Assembly (NCBI GenBank): GCA_038087875.1 | Contig: JAXLNO010000052.1 | Span: 1-47,209 of the forward strand | DNA from: Malacoraja senta | Taxonomy: Eukaryota | Direction: 5' to 3' | Length of the DNA: 47,209 bases | Made by a program: the position numbers and the translations under genes | Shown: positions 1 through 11,747 of the stretch, in pieces | Layout: every line of letters begins with the position of its first letter | Numbering within the stretch: the stretch's first letter is position 1 | Notes under the pieces: generated by a model | The model's database searches: none | Seen by the model: the letters and a program-made list of their open reading frames with translations, nothing else | Told to the model about the DNA's origin: nothing

Positions 1-39
1 TTCCACACTTTAGTTGGTCTTAATGTATTTATTTTAGTA

Positions 40-130
40 CAATGTGAAGAAGGGTCCTGTTCTGAAACGTCACCTATAAATGTTCTCCAGAGATGCTGCC
101 TGACCAGAGTTACTCCAGCACTGTCTTTTT
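40..130 (+). repeat. Degenerate dispersed repeat resembling a Penelope-type terminal repeat with a decayed minimal hammerhead motif
   Basis: GTGAAGAAGGGTCC..CTGAAACGTCACC..CTCCAGAGATGCTGCCTGACC..GAGTTACTCCAGCA. Related pieces recur at ~541-575 (-), ~5145-5205 (+) and several times in each macrosatellite unit. (C)TGAAGA..GAAAC-GTC resembles a hammerhead core. The family assignment is inference. Confidence 0.5.
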
Positions 131-349
131 TTTGTAAACCAGCACCTGCAGTTCCTTGATTTTCATCCCAAATCTTCCCTGGTTTCAGGGCTTTTACAAA
201 CTTTGGCATCTGTACAATGGGTGCATTACAGGGAAAGGAAACGGGTCACAGACCAATAAAGCACCATTTTGCAGTAAAGAGAACAATTGTATCTAATTTG
301 TAGACAGCACTCCCAATGTGCAGTGAATTTGTACAACAGGTCGCTCCGA

Positions 350-510
350 TTTGTGGTCAACACTCCCACCGTGTGGTGATCCTCTGCACTGCAGGCCCAT
401 CCAGTTTGTGGTCAACACTCCCACCGTGTGGTGATCCGCTGCACTGCAGGCCCATCCAGTTTGTGGTCAACACTCCCACCGTGTGGTGATCCGCTGCACT
501 GCAGGTCCAT
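350..510. repeat. 55-bp minisatellite, ~3 copies
   Basis: TTGTGGTCAACACTCCCACCGTGTGGTGATCC.. starts at 351, 406 and 461. Confidence 0.9.
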
Positions 511-619
511 GTGACGTAGACAAAATACAAGTTTAACTCTGCTCAGGCAGCATCTCTGGAGAACGTAGACAGGAGTATCTTTTTGTCCACACTTACTGCA
601 TTGCAAGGCATACTGCACA

Positions 620-740
620 GTGAGGAATTTCTTTAGTAGGAGGGCGGTGAATCTGTAGAATTCACTGCTACAGAAGGCTGTGGAGGCTGTCGATGGATAT
701 TTTTAAATTGGAGATAGATTCTTGATTAGCAAGGGCGTTA
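620..740 (+). mobile_element. Old CR1-type LINE 3' fragment
   Basis: Resembles the CR1 ORF2 C-terminal coding segment seen in other copies here (GGTGAATCTGT.GAATTC..CAGAAGGCTGTGGAGGC). Ends where the minus-strand CR1 tail begins at 741. Confidence 0.6.
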
Positions 741-2918
741 ACCATATAACCATATAACCATATAACAATTACAGCACGGAAACAGGCTATCTCGGCCCTT
801 TAAGTCCATGCCAAACACTTTTTCTCCCCTAGTCCCATCTACCTGCACTCGGACCATAACCCTCCATTCCTTTCTCGTCCATATACCCATCCAATCTATT
901 TTTAAATGATAAAATTGAACCTGCCTCCACCACTTCCACTGGAAGCTCATTCCACACAGCTACCACTCTCTTTGAGTAAAGAAGTTCCCCCTAATGTTAC
1001 CCCTAAACTTCTGTCCCTTAATTCTCAAGTCATGTCCCCCTTGTTTGAATCTTCCCCACTCTCAATGGGAAAAGCTTATCCACGTCAACTCTGTGTCTAT
1101 CCCTCTCATCATTTTAAAGATCTCTATCAAGTCCCCCCCTTAACCTTCTGCGCTCCAAAGAATAAAGACCTAACTTGTTCAGCCTTTCTCTGTAATTTAG
1201 TTGCTGAAACCCAGGCAACATGCTCGTAAATCTCCTCTGTACTCTCTCTATTTTGTTGACATCCTTCCTATAATTAGGCAACCAAAATTGTACTCCATAC
1301 TCCAGAATTGGCCTCACCAATGCCTTGTACAATTTTAACATTACATCCCAAGTTCTATACTCAATGCTCTGATTTATAAAGGCCAGCACACCAAAAGCTT
1401 TATTTACCACCCTATCTACATGAGATTCCACCTTCAGGGAACTATGCACAGTTATTCCTAGATCCCTCTGTTCAACTGCATTCCTCAATTCGCTACCATT
1501 TACCATGTACGTCCTATTTTGATTTGTCCTGCCAAGATGTAGCACCTCACATTTATCAGCATTAAACTCCATCTGCCATCTTTCAGCCCACTCTTCCAAA
1601 TGCCCTAAATCTCTCTGTAGACTTTGAAAATCTACTTCATTATCCACAACACCACCTATCTTAGTATCATCTGCATACTTACTAATTCAAATTTCCACAC
1701 CATCATCCAGATCATTGATGTACATGACAAACAACAGTGGACCCAACAGATCCCTGAGGCACCCCACTAGTCACCAGCCTCCAACCTGACAAACAGCCAT
1801 CCACCATTACTCTCTGGCATCTCCCATTCAGCCACTGTTGAATCCATCTTGCTACTCCACCATTAATACCCAACAATTGAATCTTCTTAACCAGCCTTCC
1901 ATGTCAAAGACCTTGTCAAAGGCCTTACTGAAGTCCATATAGACAACATCCACTGCTTTACCCTCATCAATTTCCCTAATAACCTCTTTGAAAAATTCAA
2001 GAAGATTAGTCAAACATGACCTTCCAGGCACAAATCCATGTTGACTGTTCTTAATCAGACCCTGTTTATCCAGATGCTTATATATATTATCCCTAAGTAT
2101 CCTTTCCATTAATTTGCCCACCACTGACGTCAAAGTAACAGGTCTATAATTGCTAGGTTTACTCTTAGAACCCTTTTTAAACAATGGAACAACATGCGCA
2201 GTACGCCAATCCTCCGGCACTATTCCCGTTTCTAATGACATTTGAAATATTTCTGTCATAGCCCCTGCTATTTCTACACTAACTTCCCTCAATGTCCTAG
2301 GGAATATCCTGTCAGGACCTGGAGACTTATCCGTTTTCATATTTTTCAAAAGTGTCCACACCTCTTCTTTGAATCTCATAGTTTCCATCGCTACTCTGCT
2401 TGTTTCCCTTACCTCACATAATTCCATATCCTTCTCCTTGGTGAATACCGAAGAAAATAAATTGTTCAATATCTCCCCCATCTCTTTTGGCTCTGCAGAT
2501 AGCTGTCCACCCTGACTCTCTAATGGACCAATTGTATTCCTTGTTATCCTTTTGCTATGAATATAGCTGTAGAAACCCTTTGGGTTTACTTTCACCTTAC
2601 TTGCCAAAGCAACCTCATATCTTCTTTTAGCTTTTCTAATTTCTTTCTTAAGATTCTATTTACATTCTTTATACTCTTGCAGCACCTCATTTACTCCATG
2701 CTGCCTATAATTATTGTAGATCTCTCTCTTTTTCCGAACCGTGTCCAAATTCCCTTGAAAACCATGGTTCTTTCCAATTTTTACTATTTCCTTTCAACCG
2801 AACAGGGACAAAGATTCTGTACTCTTAAAATTTCACCTTTAAATGACCTCCATTTCTCTTCTACATCCTTCCCATAAAACAACATGTCCCAATTCACTCC
2901 TTTAAATCCTTTTGCATC

Positions 2919-3540
2919 CTTTTGAGTATAGGAGCAGGGAGGTTCTACTGCAGTTGTACAGGGTCTTGGTGAGACCACACCTTGAGTATTGCGTACGGTT
3001 TTGGTCTCCTAATCTGAGGAAATACATTCTTGCCATAGAGGGAATACAGAGAAGGTTCACCAGACTGATTCCTGGGATGTCAGGACTTTCATATGAAGAA
3101 AGACTTGATAGACTCGGTTTGTACTCGCTAGAATTTAGAAGATTGAGGGGTATGTTATAGAAACGTACAAAATTCTTAAGGGGTTGGACAGGCTAGATGC
3201 AGGAAGATTGTTCCTGATGTTGGGGAAGTCCAGAACAAGAGGTCACAGTTTAAGGATAAGGGGGAAATCTTTTAGGACCGAGATGAGGAAAACATTTTTT
3301 CACAGAGTGGTGAATCTCTGGAATTCTCTGCCACAGAAGGTAGTTGAGGCCAGTTCATTGGCTATATTTAAGAGGGAGTTAGATGTGGCCCTTGTGGCTA
3401 AGGGGATCAGGGGGTATGGAGAGAAAGCAGGTACAGGATACTGAGTTGGGTGATCAGCCATGATCATATTGAATGGCGGTGTAGGCTCGAAGGGCCGAAT
3501 GGCCTACTCCTGCACCTATTTTCTATGTTTCTATGTTTCT
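2919..3540 (+). mobile_element. 5'-truncated CR1 LINE (family B) nested in the family A copy
   Basis: ORFs 2912..3160 and 3184..3444 (RPHLEYC, RVVNLWNSLP). Tail of (TTTCTATG)n. Host sequence resumes at ~3541. Confidence 0.88.
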
Positions 3541-3563
3541 ATCTCCTCAAAGTTAGCCTATCT

Positions 3564-4208
3564 TTTTTAATTTTTTTTATTAGAAGTGTTTTACATTACA
3601 GTAATCTGCAATAACGTAAATTTATACAGTTCTTGTACCACTTCTGTTTTTCAACTTAAATAGAAAAAAAGGATAGAAAGAGCTAGCAAAGACAGTCAGT
3701 GAGTGAATGAAAAAGTGGTCCAGGAACACACATGTGAACCTAAACCACGAGAAGTAGTTAAAGAAGAAAAGAAAAAAAGAGAAAAAAGAAAATAAGATAG
3801 GACAATATGAAAGGGATGTACCTACTTCTTATCTTTACTCCTCGCCAGGTCCTAAAACCATTTATTATCATCATTTTGTTGCACCCTATGTTTGTAATAA
3901 GTCGATATATGGAGACCAAATCTTTTGGAATTGGTCTTGTTTACCTGCTAGGAGGAATCTCATATCTTCTAGATGTAACAGTTCCGACATATTAGAAGCC
4001 CACGTTTTTATTGTTGGCGTAGGAGCATTTTCCCAAAATATCAGTATCCGTTTTTTTGCCGTTATTAAGCCATAACTAAGAAAACTCCTTTGAAACGCAG
4101 TCAGCTCCAAACTTGCTTCTATTGTTCCAAAAATAATCAGTTCTGCATTCGGTTTGTTTTATTTTAAATAATTTAGTGAAAATTTCAAAAATTTCATTCC
4201 AAAATTTT
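3564..4208 (-). mobile_element. 5'-truncated L1-like LINE with poly(A) tail and target-site duplication
   Basis: T-rich tail at ~3563-3580. ORF 3886..4110 (GLITAKKRILIFW..W..W.PY) resembles an L1/Tx1 ORF2 C-terminus. Flanked by AAAGTTAGCCT(A/T)TCT at 3549 and 4209. Confidence 0.75.
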
Positions 4209-7200
4209 AAAGTTAGCCTTTCTCCAGTCAAAAATCTCAACCTTAGGTCCAGTTCTGACCCTCTCCATAATTATATTGAAACTAATGGCATTGTGATCAC
4301 AGGACCCGAAGTGCTCCCCAACACATACCTCTGCCCTGTCTCATTTCCTAACAGGAGGTCCAGCACTGCCCCTTCTCTTGTAGGTACCTCTATGTATTGC
4401 TGCAAAAAACTATCCTGCACACATTTTACGAACTCCAAACCAGCCAGCCCTTTTACAGAATGTGTTTCCCAGACTATGTGTGGAAAATTGAAATCTCCCA
4501 CAATCACTACCTTGTGCTTACTACTAATATCTGCTATCTCCTTACATATTTGCTCTTCCAATTCTCGCTCCCCATTTGGCAGTCTATAATACACCCCTAT
4601 AAGTGTTGCTACCCCTTTCCCATTTCTCAGTTCCACCCAAATAGCCTCCCTAGATGAGCCCTCTAATCTATCCTGCCAAAGCACTGCTGTAATATCTTCC
4701 TTGACGAACAATGCAACACCCCCACCTCTTGCCGCTCCAATTCTATCACCCCTGAAGCAACGAAATCCTGGAATATTTAGTTTCCAATCACAGCCATCCT
4801 GCAACCATATTTCACTGATCACCACAACATCATACTTCCAGGTGTCAATCCAGGCTCTAAGCTCATCCACCTTACTTACAATGCTCCTAGCATTTAAATA
4901 TACACATTTAAGAAACCCACCACCTCTTATTCTCTGTTTATTATCTTTTTCTTCTTTCTCCCCTACATGTTGGGTCCGAGTGCTTCCCTTCTCTGCCTCC
5001 TGCCTCGCTACCTGACTACTAGCTTTCCCTATTCGAGTCCCTCCCCCCAACCGTTCTAGTTTAAAGTCTCCCCAGTTGCCTTTGCAAATCTCCCCGCCAG
5101 GATATTGGCGTTGAACGTTACCGGGTCTGAATGATGATCTCGTCCCAAAATGTCACCTGTTCCTTCTCACCAGAGATGCTGCCTGACCCGCTGAGTTACT
5201 CCAGCTCGTTGTCTCACCATACATTTGGGTGCATCTACATTGTTACTATCCATTTCTTCAGTACTCTCGGTTCTACTCTCATCCTTGGCTCTGCTCTTGG
5301 CCTTTCCACCCTGACTCGACAATTTTTGACTGAAAATCTGGGGGGGTTGAGTTTTTCCAGGTATTTTTAACCAACTGGACACCACTAAATGTTTGTTTAT
5401 ATAGAACGTTTCAATGTCCACGTGTAGAGTACTGCATCAAGGTTGGGAGAACACTTGTGAAATTTAATGTGTATTTGATGGGGTAACTGGGGTGTTGCTG
5501 TGCTTGTAAATTGCAAGTCAGTGCTGGAGCAACTCGATGGGTCCAGCAATGTCACTGGAGAATATGGATTGGTAATTCTGGGTTTGGACTCTTCAGACTC
5601 TTAATAATTTTAGTCTAAATATATTTGACAACCTTAATATTGGTCCAACCTGTAGGAGTCCTGACTGCAGAGACACAATGGTCCTGGTTGGAGATACATC
5701 TCCAGGCATTGTCCACATGTCCAAGTGTTGTTACCTTGAGGACTAGAATCTTCCCACCCAGGACTGTCTGACCCACTGAGTTACTCCAGCACTTTGTCTA
5801 ATTGTAGAGAAGGACGTTGGAACATTTCAAACAGTAAAATGTTATGTTAATTTGATTTTTCAGCATCAAGTCTTCCTAGATTTGGTCTTTCTGGGTGTCA
5901 TAGGAAGATAAGGTACCTATTTCTAAGTCTCTTCATTTCAATGGGATAAATGTGTTAAATTATTGATGGCTTTTCAAAATTAGTTTCTTCAACATCGAGG
6001 AGCTTGCAGTCTCTGGTAGAGACCAATGTCGGGAAGCTCCAAAGAACGCAAAAGGTTCGACTAGACCCCGAGTGAGCTGGGATTCAACCCCCCGATGCAG
6101 GACCCCCGACACGGACGGCCCGACCGCCGGATACGGGAGTCAAGATCGTGCCGTCAATGGAAGGCTCGAGGCCCCAGACCGCGGGAGACCAAAGAAGGGA
6201 AGAGTTTGAAATTTGTGTTCTGTTGCTTTTTATTGGTATGAGTGGATGGTAAATGAAATTCCTCGTGTTGCAAACATACTTTTTTTGCAACACGAGCCAC
6301 CCCATGCTTGAATTGTGAGTAAATACAGTGCTGGAGGAACTTGGTGGGTTTGACGACCTCTGAAGAAATGGACAGATGACTCATCGGGTCGGGAGCTCTC
6401 AGTCTGAAATATGGGGGAGAGCTAGAAATGAGGTGGGGGGTGGGCACTGCCTGACAGGTGATGGGTGGATTACAGGTGAGTGGGTGATGGGCAAATGGAT
6501 GGAATAAGTGCCAAAGTCTGAAGGTGGAAGTGATGAAACATGTTGGATAAGGACAAGAACTGTGAAATGTAAAACCAGGGTGAGGTGGAGTTGGAAGGTA
6601 AAAGGGAAATATGGGACAGTTGAGAGATGAGCATATGTCCCTTCATTAACTAAGTAATAACTAAATAGTAATAACTAAATAGTAATAACTAAATAGTAAT
6701 AACTAAATAGTAATACCAACTAACTAGTCCTTTCTTGTACGCTCATCTCTCAAACAGTCCCATATTCCCTCTGTCCCTTCCACCCATCTCTCCTAGTTTC
6801 ATATTTCCGTTCTCTGCTTATTTGGCATTTTGTCCCTTTCACCTTGAGCCTTTGGCACTCACTCCATCCATATGCTAATCACCCTCACATGTACCACCTA
6901 TTTACTTGCTGGCTTTGTCCTGCGTGCCTCTGCATCTTTTCACTCTCTTTCATCAGTCTGAGGAAGGTTGCTGACCTGATGTCATCTGTCCATTCCACTT
7001 GCAGTCAGGCAGATTGTGCCTGTACTGCTGAATGCCTCCAGCACTTTGTCTTTGGACAGAGCCATGTTCCCTGGTTGTAGTTGGCTCCTGTTACAGGGAA
7101 AGTAGAGTTTAATATTTTTGACTGGAGCTCTGGGATTGGGTTTTTCCAGGTATTTTAACCATCTGGACACCACTGAATGTTTGTTTATATCTAACGTTTA

Positions 7201-8439
7201 AATGACCACATGAGGAGTAAGGCATCGGGCAACAAGGTTGGGAGAACACTTGTGAAATATAATCTGTATTTGATGTAACTGGGGTGTTGCTGTGCTTGTA
7301 AATTGTGTCAGTGCTGGAGCAACTCGATGGGTACAGCAACATCGCTGAAGAACATGGATTGGTAATTCTGGGTTGGGACTCTTCAGACCTTAATCTCTTG
7401 AGCTAGTCTAAATATATTCGACTACATTAATATTGGTCCAACCTGTAGGAGTCCTGACTGCAGAGACACAATGGTCCTAGTTGGAGATACATCTCCAGGC
7501 ATTGTCCACATGTCCAAGTGTTTTTACCTTGAGGACTAGAATCGTCTCACCCAGGACTGTCCGACCCACTGAGTTACTCCCACACTTTGTCTAATTGTAG
7601 AGAAGGATGTAGGAACATTTCAAACATTAAAATGTTATGTTAATTTGATTTTTGAGCATCAAGTCATCCTGGATTTGGTCTTTCTGGATGTCATAGGAAG
7701 ATAAGGTACCTATTTCTAAGTCTCTTCAGTTCAATGGGATAAATGTGTTAAATTATTGATGGCTTTTCAAAATTAGTTTCTTCAACATCGAGGAGCTTGC
7801 AGTCTCTGGTAGAGACCAATGTCGGGAAGCTCCAAAGAACGCAAAAGGTTCGACTAGACCCCGAGTGAGCTGGGATTCAACCCCCCGATGCAGGACCCCC
7901 GACACGGACGGCCCGACCGCCGGATATGGGAGTCAAAATCGTGCCGTCAATGGAAGGCTCGAGGCCCCAGACCGCGGGAGACCAAAGAAGGGAAGAGTTT
8001 GAAATTTGTTCTGTTGCTTTTTATTGGTATGAGTGGATGGTAAATGAAATTCCTCGTGTTGCAAACATACTTTTTTTGCAACACGAGCCACCCCATGCTT
8101 GAATTGTGAGTAAATACAGTGCTGGAGGAACTTGGTGGGTTTGACAACCTCTGAAGAAATGGACAGATGACTCATCGGGTCGGGAGCTCTCAGTCTGAAA
8201 TATGGGGGAGAGCTAGAAATGAGGTGGGGGGTGGGCACTACCTGACAGGTGATGGGTGGATTACAGGTGAGTGGGTGATGGGCAAATGGATGGAATAAGT
8301 GCCAAAGTCTGAAGGTGGAAGTGATGAAACATGTTGGATAAGGACAAGAACTGTGAAATGTAAAACCAGGGTGAGGTGGAGTTGGAAGGTAAAAGGGAAA
8401 TATGGGACAGTTGAGAGATGAGCATATGTCCCTTCATTA

Positions 8440-8580
8440 ACTAAGTAATAACTAAATAGTAATAACTAAATAGTAATAACTAAATAGTAATAACTAAATA
8501 GTAATAACTAAATAGTAATAACTAAATAGTAATAACTAAATAGTAATAACTAAATAGTAATAACTAAATAGTAATACCAA
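8440..8580. repeat. AT-rich 14-bp VNTR (TAAATAGTAATAAC)n inside a macrosatellite unit
   Basis: Directly visible. Equivalent tracts of variable length lie at ~6650, 10305, 12615, 14430, 18050, 24515, 26535 and 29345. Confidence 0.9.
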
Positions 8581-11226
8581 CTAACTAGTCCTTTCTTGTA
8601 CGCTCATCTCTCAAACAGTCCCATATTCCCTCTGTCCCTTCCACCCATCTCTCCTAGTTTCATATTTCCGTTCTCTGCTTATTTGGCATTTTGTCCCTTT
8701 CACCTTGAGCCTTTGGCACTCACTCCATCCATATGCTAATCACCCTCACATGTACCACCTATTTACTTGCTGGCTTTGTCCTGCGTGCCTCTGCATCTTT
8801 TCACTCTCTTTCATCAGTCTGAGGAAGGTTGCTGACCTGATGTCATCTGTCCATTCCACTTGCAGTCAGGCAGATTGTGCCTGTACTGCTGAATGCCTCC
8901 AGCACTTTGTCTTTGGACAGAGCCATGTTCCCTGGTTGTAGTTGGCTCCTGTTACAGGGAAAGTAGAGTTTAATATTTTTGACTGGAGCTCTGTGGGATT
9001 GGGTTTTTCCAGGTATTTTAACCATCTGGACACCACTTAATGTTTGTTTATATCTAACGTTTAAATGTCCACATGAGGAGTAAGGCATCGGGCAACAAGG
9101 TTGGTGAACACTTGTGAAATATAATCTGTATTTGATGTAACTGGGGTGTTGCTGTGCTTGTAAATTGTGTCAGTGCTGGAGCAACTCGATGGGTACAGCA
9201 ACATCACTGAAGAACATGGATTGGTAATTCTGGGTTGGGACTCTTCAGACCTTAATCTCTTGAGCTAGTCTAAATATATTCGACTACATTAATATTGGTC
9301 CAACCTGTAGGAGTCCTGACTGCAGAGACACAATGGTCCTAGTTGGAGATACATCTCCAGGCATTGTCCACATGTCCAAGTGTTTTTACCTTCAGGACTA
9401 GAATCGTCTCACCCAGGACTGTCTGACCCACTGAGTTACTCCCACACTTTGTCTAATTGTAGAGAAGGATGTAGAAACATTTCAAACATTAAAATGTTAT
9501 GTTAATTTGATTTTTGAGCATCAAGTCATCCTGGATTTGGTCTTTATGGATGTCATAGGAAGATAAGGTACCTATATCTAACCCTCTTCAGTTTAATGGG
9601 GTAAATATGTTAAATTATTGATGGCTTTTCCAAATTTGTTTCTTCAACATCGAGGAGCTCGCAGTCTCTGGTATAGACGGATGTCGGGAAGTTCCAAAGA
9701 ACGCAAAAGGTTCGACTAGACCCCAAGTGAGCTGTGATTGAACCCCCCGATGCAGGACCCCCGACACGGACGGCCCGACCGCTGGCTACGGGAGTCAAGA
9801 TTGTTCCGTCAACGGAAGGCTCGAGGCCCCAGACTGCGGGAGACCAAAGAAGGGAAGAGTTTGAACTTTGTGTTCTGTTGCTTTTTATTTGTATGAGTGG
9901 ATGGTAAATGAAATGCCTTGTGTTGCAAACATAAATTTTTTGCAACACGTGCTACCCCATGCTTGAATCGTGAGTAAACACACAGTGCTGGAGGAACTTG
10001 GTGGATTTGACAACCTCTGAATAAATGGACAGATGACTCATCGGGTCGGGAGCTCTCAGTCTGAAATACGGGGGAGAGCTGGAAATGAGGTGGGGGTTGG
10101 GCACTGCCTGAAAGGTAATGGGTGGATTACAGGTGAGTGGGTGATGGGCAAATGGATGGAGTAAGTGCCAAAATCTGAAGGTGGAAGTGATGAAACATGT
10201 TGGATAAGGACAAGAACTCTGAAATGTGAACCAGGGTGAGGTGGGGTTGGTAGGTAAAAGTGAAATATGGGACAGTTGAGAGACGAGTGTACTTCCCTTC
10301 ATTAACTAAGTAATAACTAATTAATAATAACTAAATAATTATAACTAAGTAACAACTAAATAATAACAACAACTAACTAGCCCTTTCTTGTATGATCATC
10401 TCTCAGAAACAGTCCCATATTCCCTCTATCTCTTCCACCCATCTCTCTCCTAGTTTCATATTTCAGTTCTACTTATTTGGCATTTTGTCCCTTTCACCGT
10501 GAGCCTTTGGCACTCACTCCATCCATATGTTAATCACGCCTCACATGTACCACCTATTTACTTGCTGGCTTTGTCCTTCGTGCCTCTGCCTCTTTTCACT
10601 CTCTTTCATCAGTCTGAGGAAGGTTGCTGACCTGAGATGTCATCTGTCCATTCCACTTGCAGTCAGGCAGATTGTGCCTGTACTGCTGAAAGCCTCCAGC
10701 ACTTTGTCTTTGGACAGAGCCATGTTTCCTGGTTGTAGTTGGCTCCTGTTACAGGGAAAGTAGAGCTTAATATTTTTGACTGAAGCTCTGGGGGGTTGGG
10801 TTTTTCCAGGTATTTTTAACCATCTGGACACCACTGAATGTTTGTTTATATCTAATGTTTAAATGGCCACATGAAGAGTAAGGCATCGGGCAACAAGGTT
10901 GTGAGAACACTTGTGAAATATAATGGGTATTTGATATAAATGGGGTGTTGCTGTGCTTGTAAATTGTGTCAGTGCTGGAGCAACTCGATGGGTACAGCAA
11001 CATCGCTGGAGAACATGGATTGGTAGTTCTGGGTTGGGATTCTTCAGACCTTAATCTCTTGAGGTAGTCTAAATATATTTGACTACCATAATATTGGTCC
11101 AACCTGTAGGAGTCCTGACTGCAGAGACACAATGGTCCTGGTTGGAGATACAACTCCAGGCATTGTCCAAGTGTTTTACCTTGAGGACTAGAATCTTCTC
11201 ACCCAGGACTATCCTACACACTGAGT

Positions 11227-11747
11227 GGGTCGGACAGTCCTTGTGATTGAGGCAGTGCCGCGTAGGTTCACGAGATTGATCCCTGGGATGGCGGGACTGT
11301 CATATGAGGAAAGATTGAAAAGACTAGGCTTGTATTCACTGGAGTTTAGAAAGGATGAGGGGGGGGTTCTTATAGAAACGTATAAAATTATAAAAGGACT
11401 GGACAAGCTAGATGCAAGAAAAATGTTCCCAATGTTAGGCGAGTGCAGAACCAGAGGCCGCAGTCTTAGAATAAAGGGGAGGTCATTTAAGACGGGGGTG
11501 AGAAAAAACGTTTTCACCCAGAGTTGTGAATTTATGGAATTCCCTGCCACAGAGGGCAGTGGAGGCCAAATCACTGGATGGATTTAAGAGAGAGTTGGAT
11601 AGAGCTCCAGGGGCTAGTGGAGTCGAGGGATATGGGGAGAAGGCAGGCAAGGGTTATTGATAGGGGATGATCAGCCATGATCACAATGAATGGCGGTGCT
11701 GGCTCGAAGGGCCGAATGGCCTCCTCGTGCACCTATTTTCTATGTTT
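11227..11747 (+). mobile_element. CR1 LINE 3' fragment (family C) inserted in macrosatellite unit 4
   Basis: ORF 11225..11587 (RRFTRLIPGM..LSYEERL). Tail TTTCTATGTTT. Flanked by CTGAGT/CTAAGT. Confidence 0.88.

Larger units (their letters stand above)
741..5110 (-). mobile_element. CR1-clade LINE (family A): near-complete but frameshifted ORF2 (APE endonuclease + RT) plus the end of ORF1, interrupted by two insertions
   Basis: ORF pieces 4271..5050 (LNARSI, VGDFNFP; APE), 1852..2607 (KSPGPD, NYRPV, QHGF, DFSKAFDKV; RT) and 1114..1647 (WQMEFNADKC, RDLGI). 3' tail of short tandem repeats (ACCATATA)x3 at 741-765. Confidence 0.92.

Noticed and set aside
350..510. CRISPR-like regular repeats
   Set aside because: Units are directly adjacent and near-identical with no unique spacers, there are no cas genes, and the context is eukaryotic.
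6350..6410. Active hammerheads in macrosatellite units
   Set aside because: The core motifs are degenerate (no intact CUGANGA plus GAAA with paired stems). At most these are relics.
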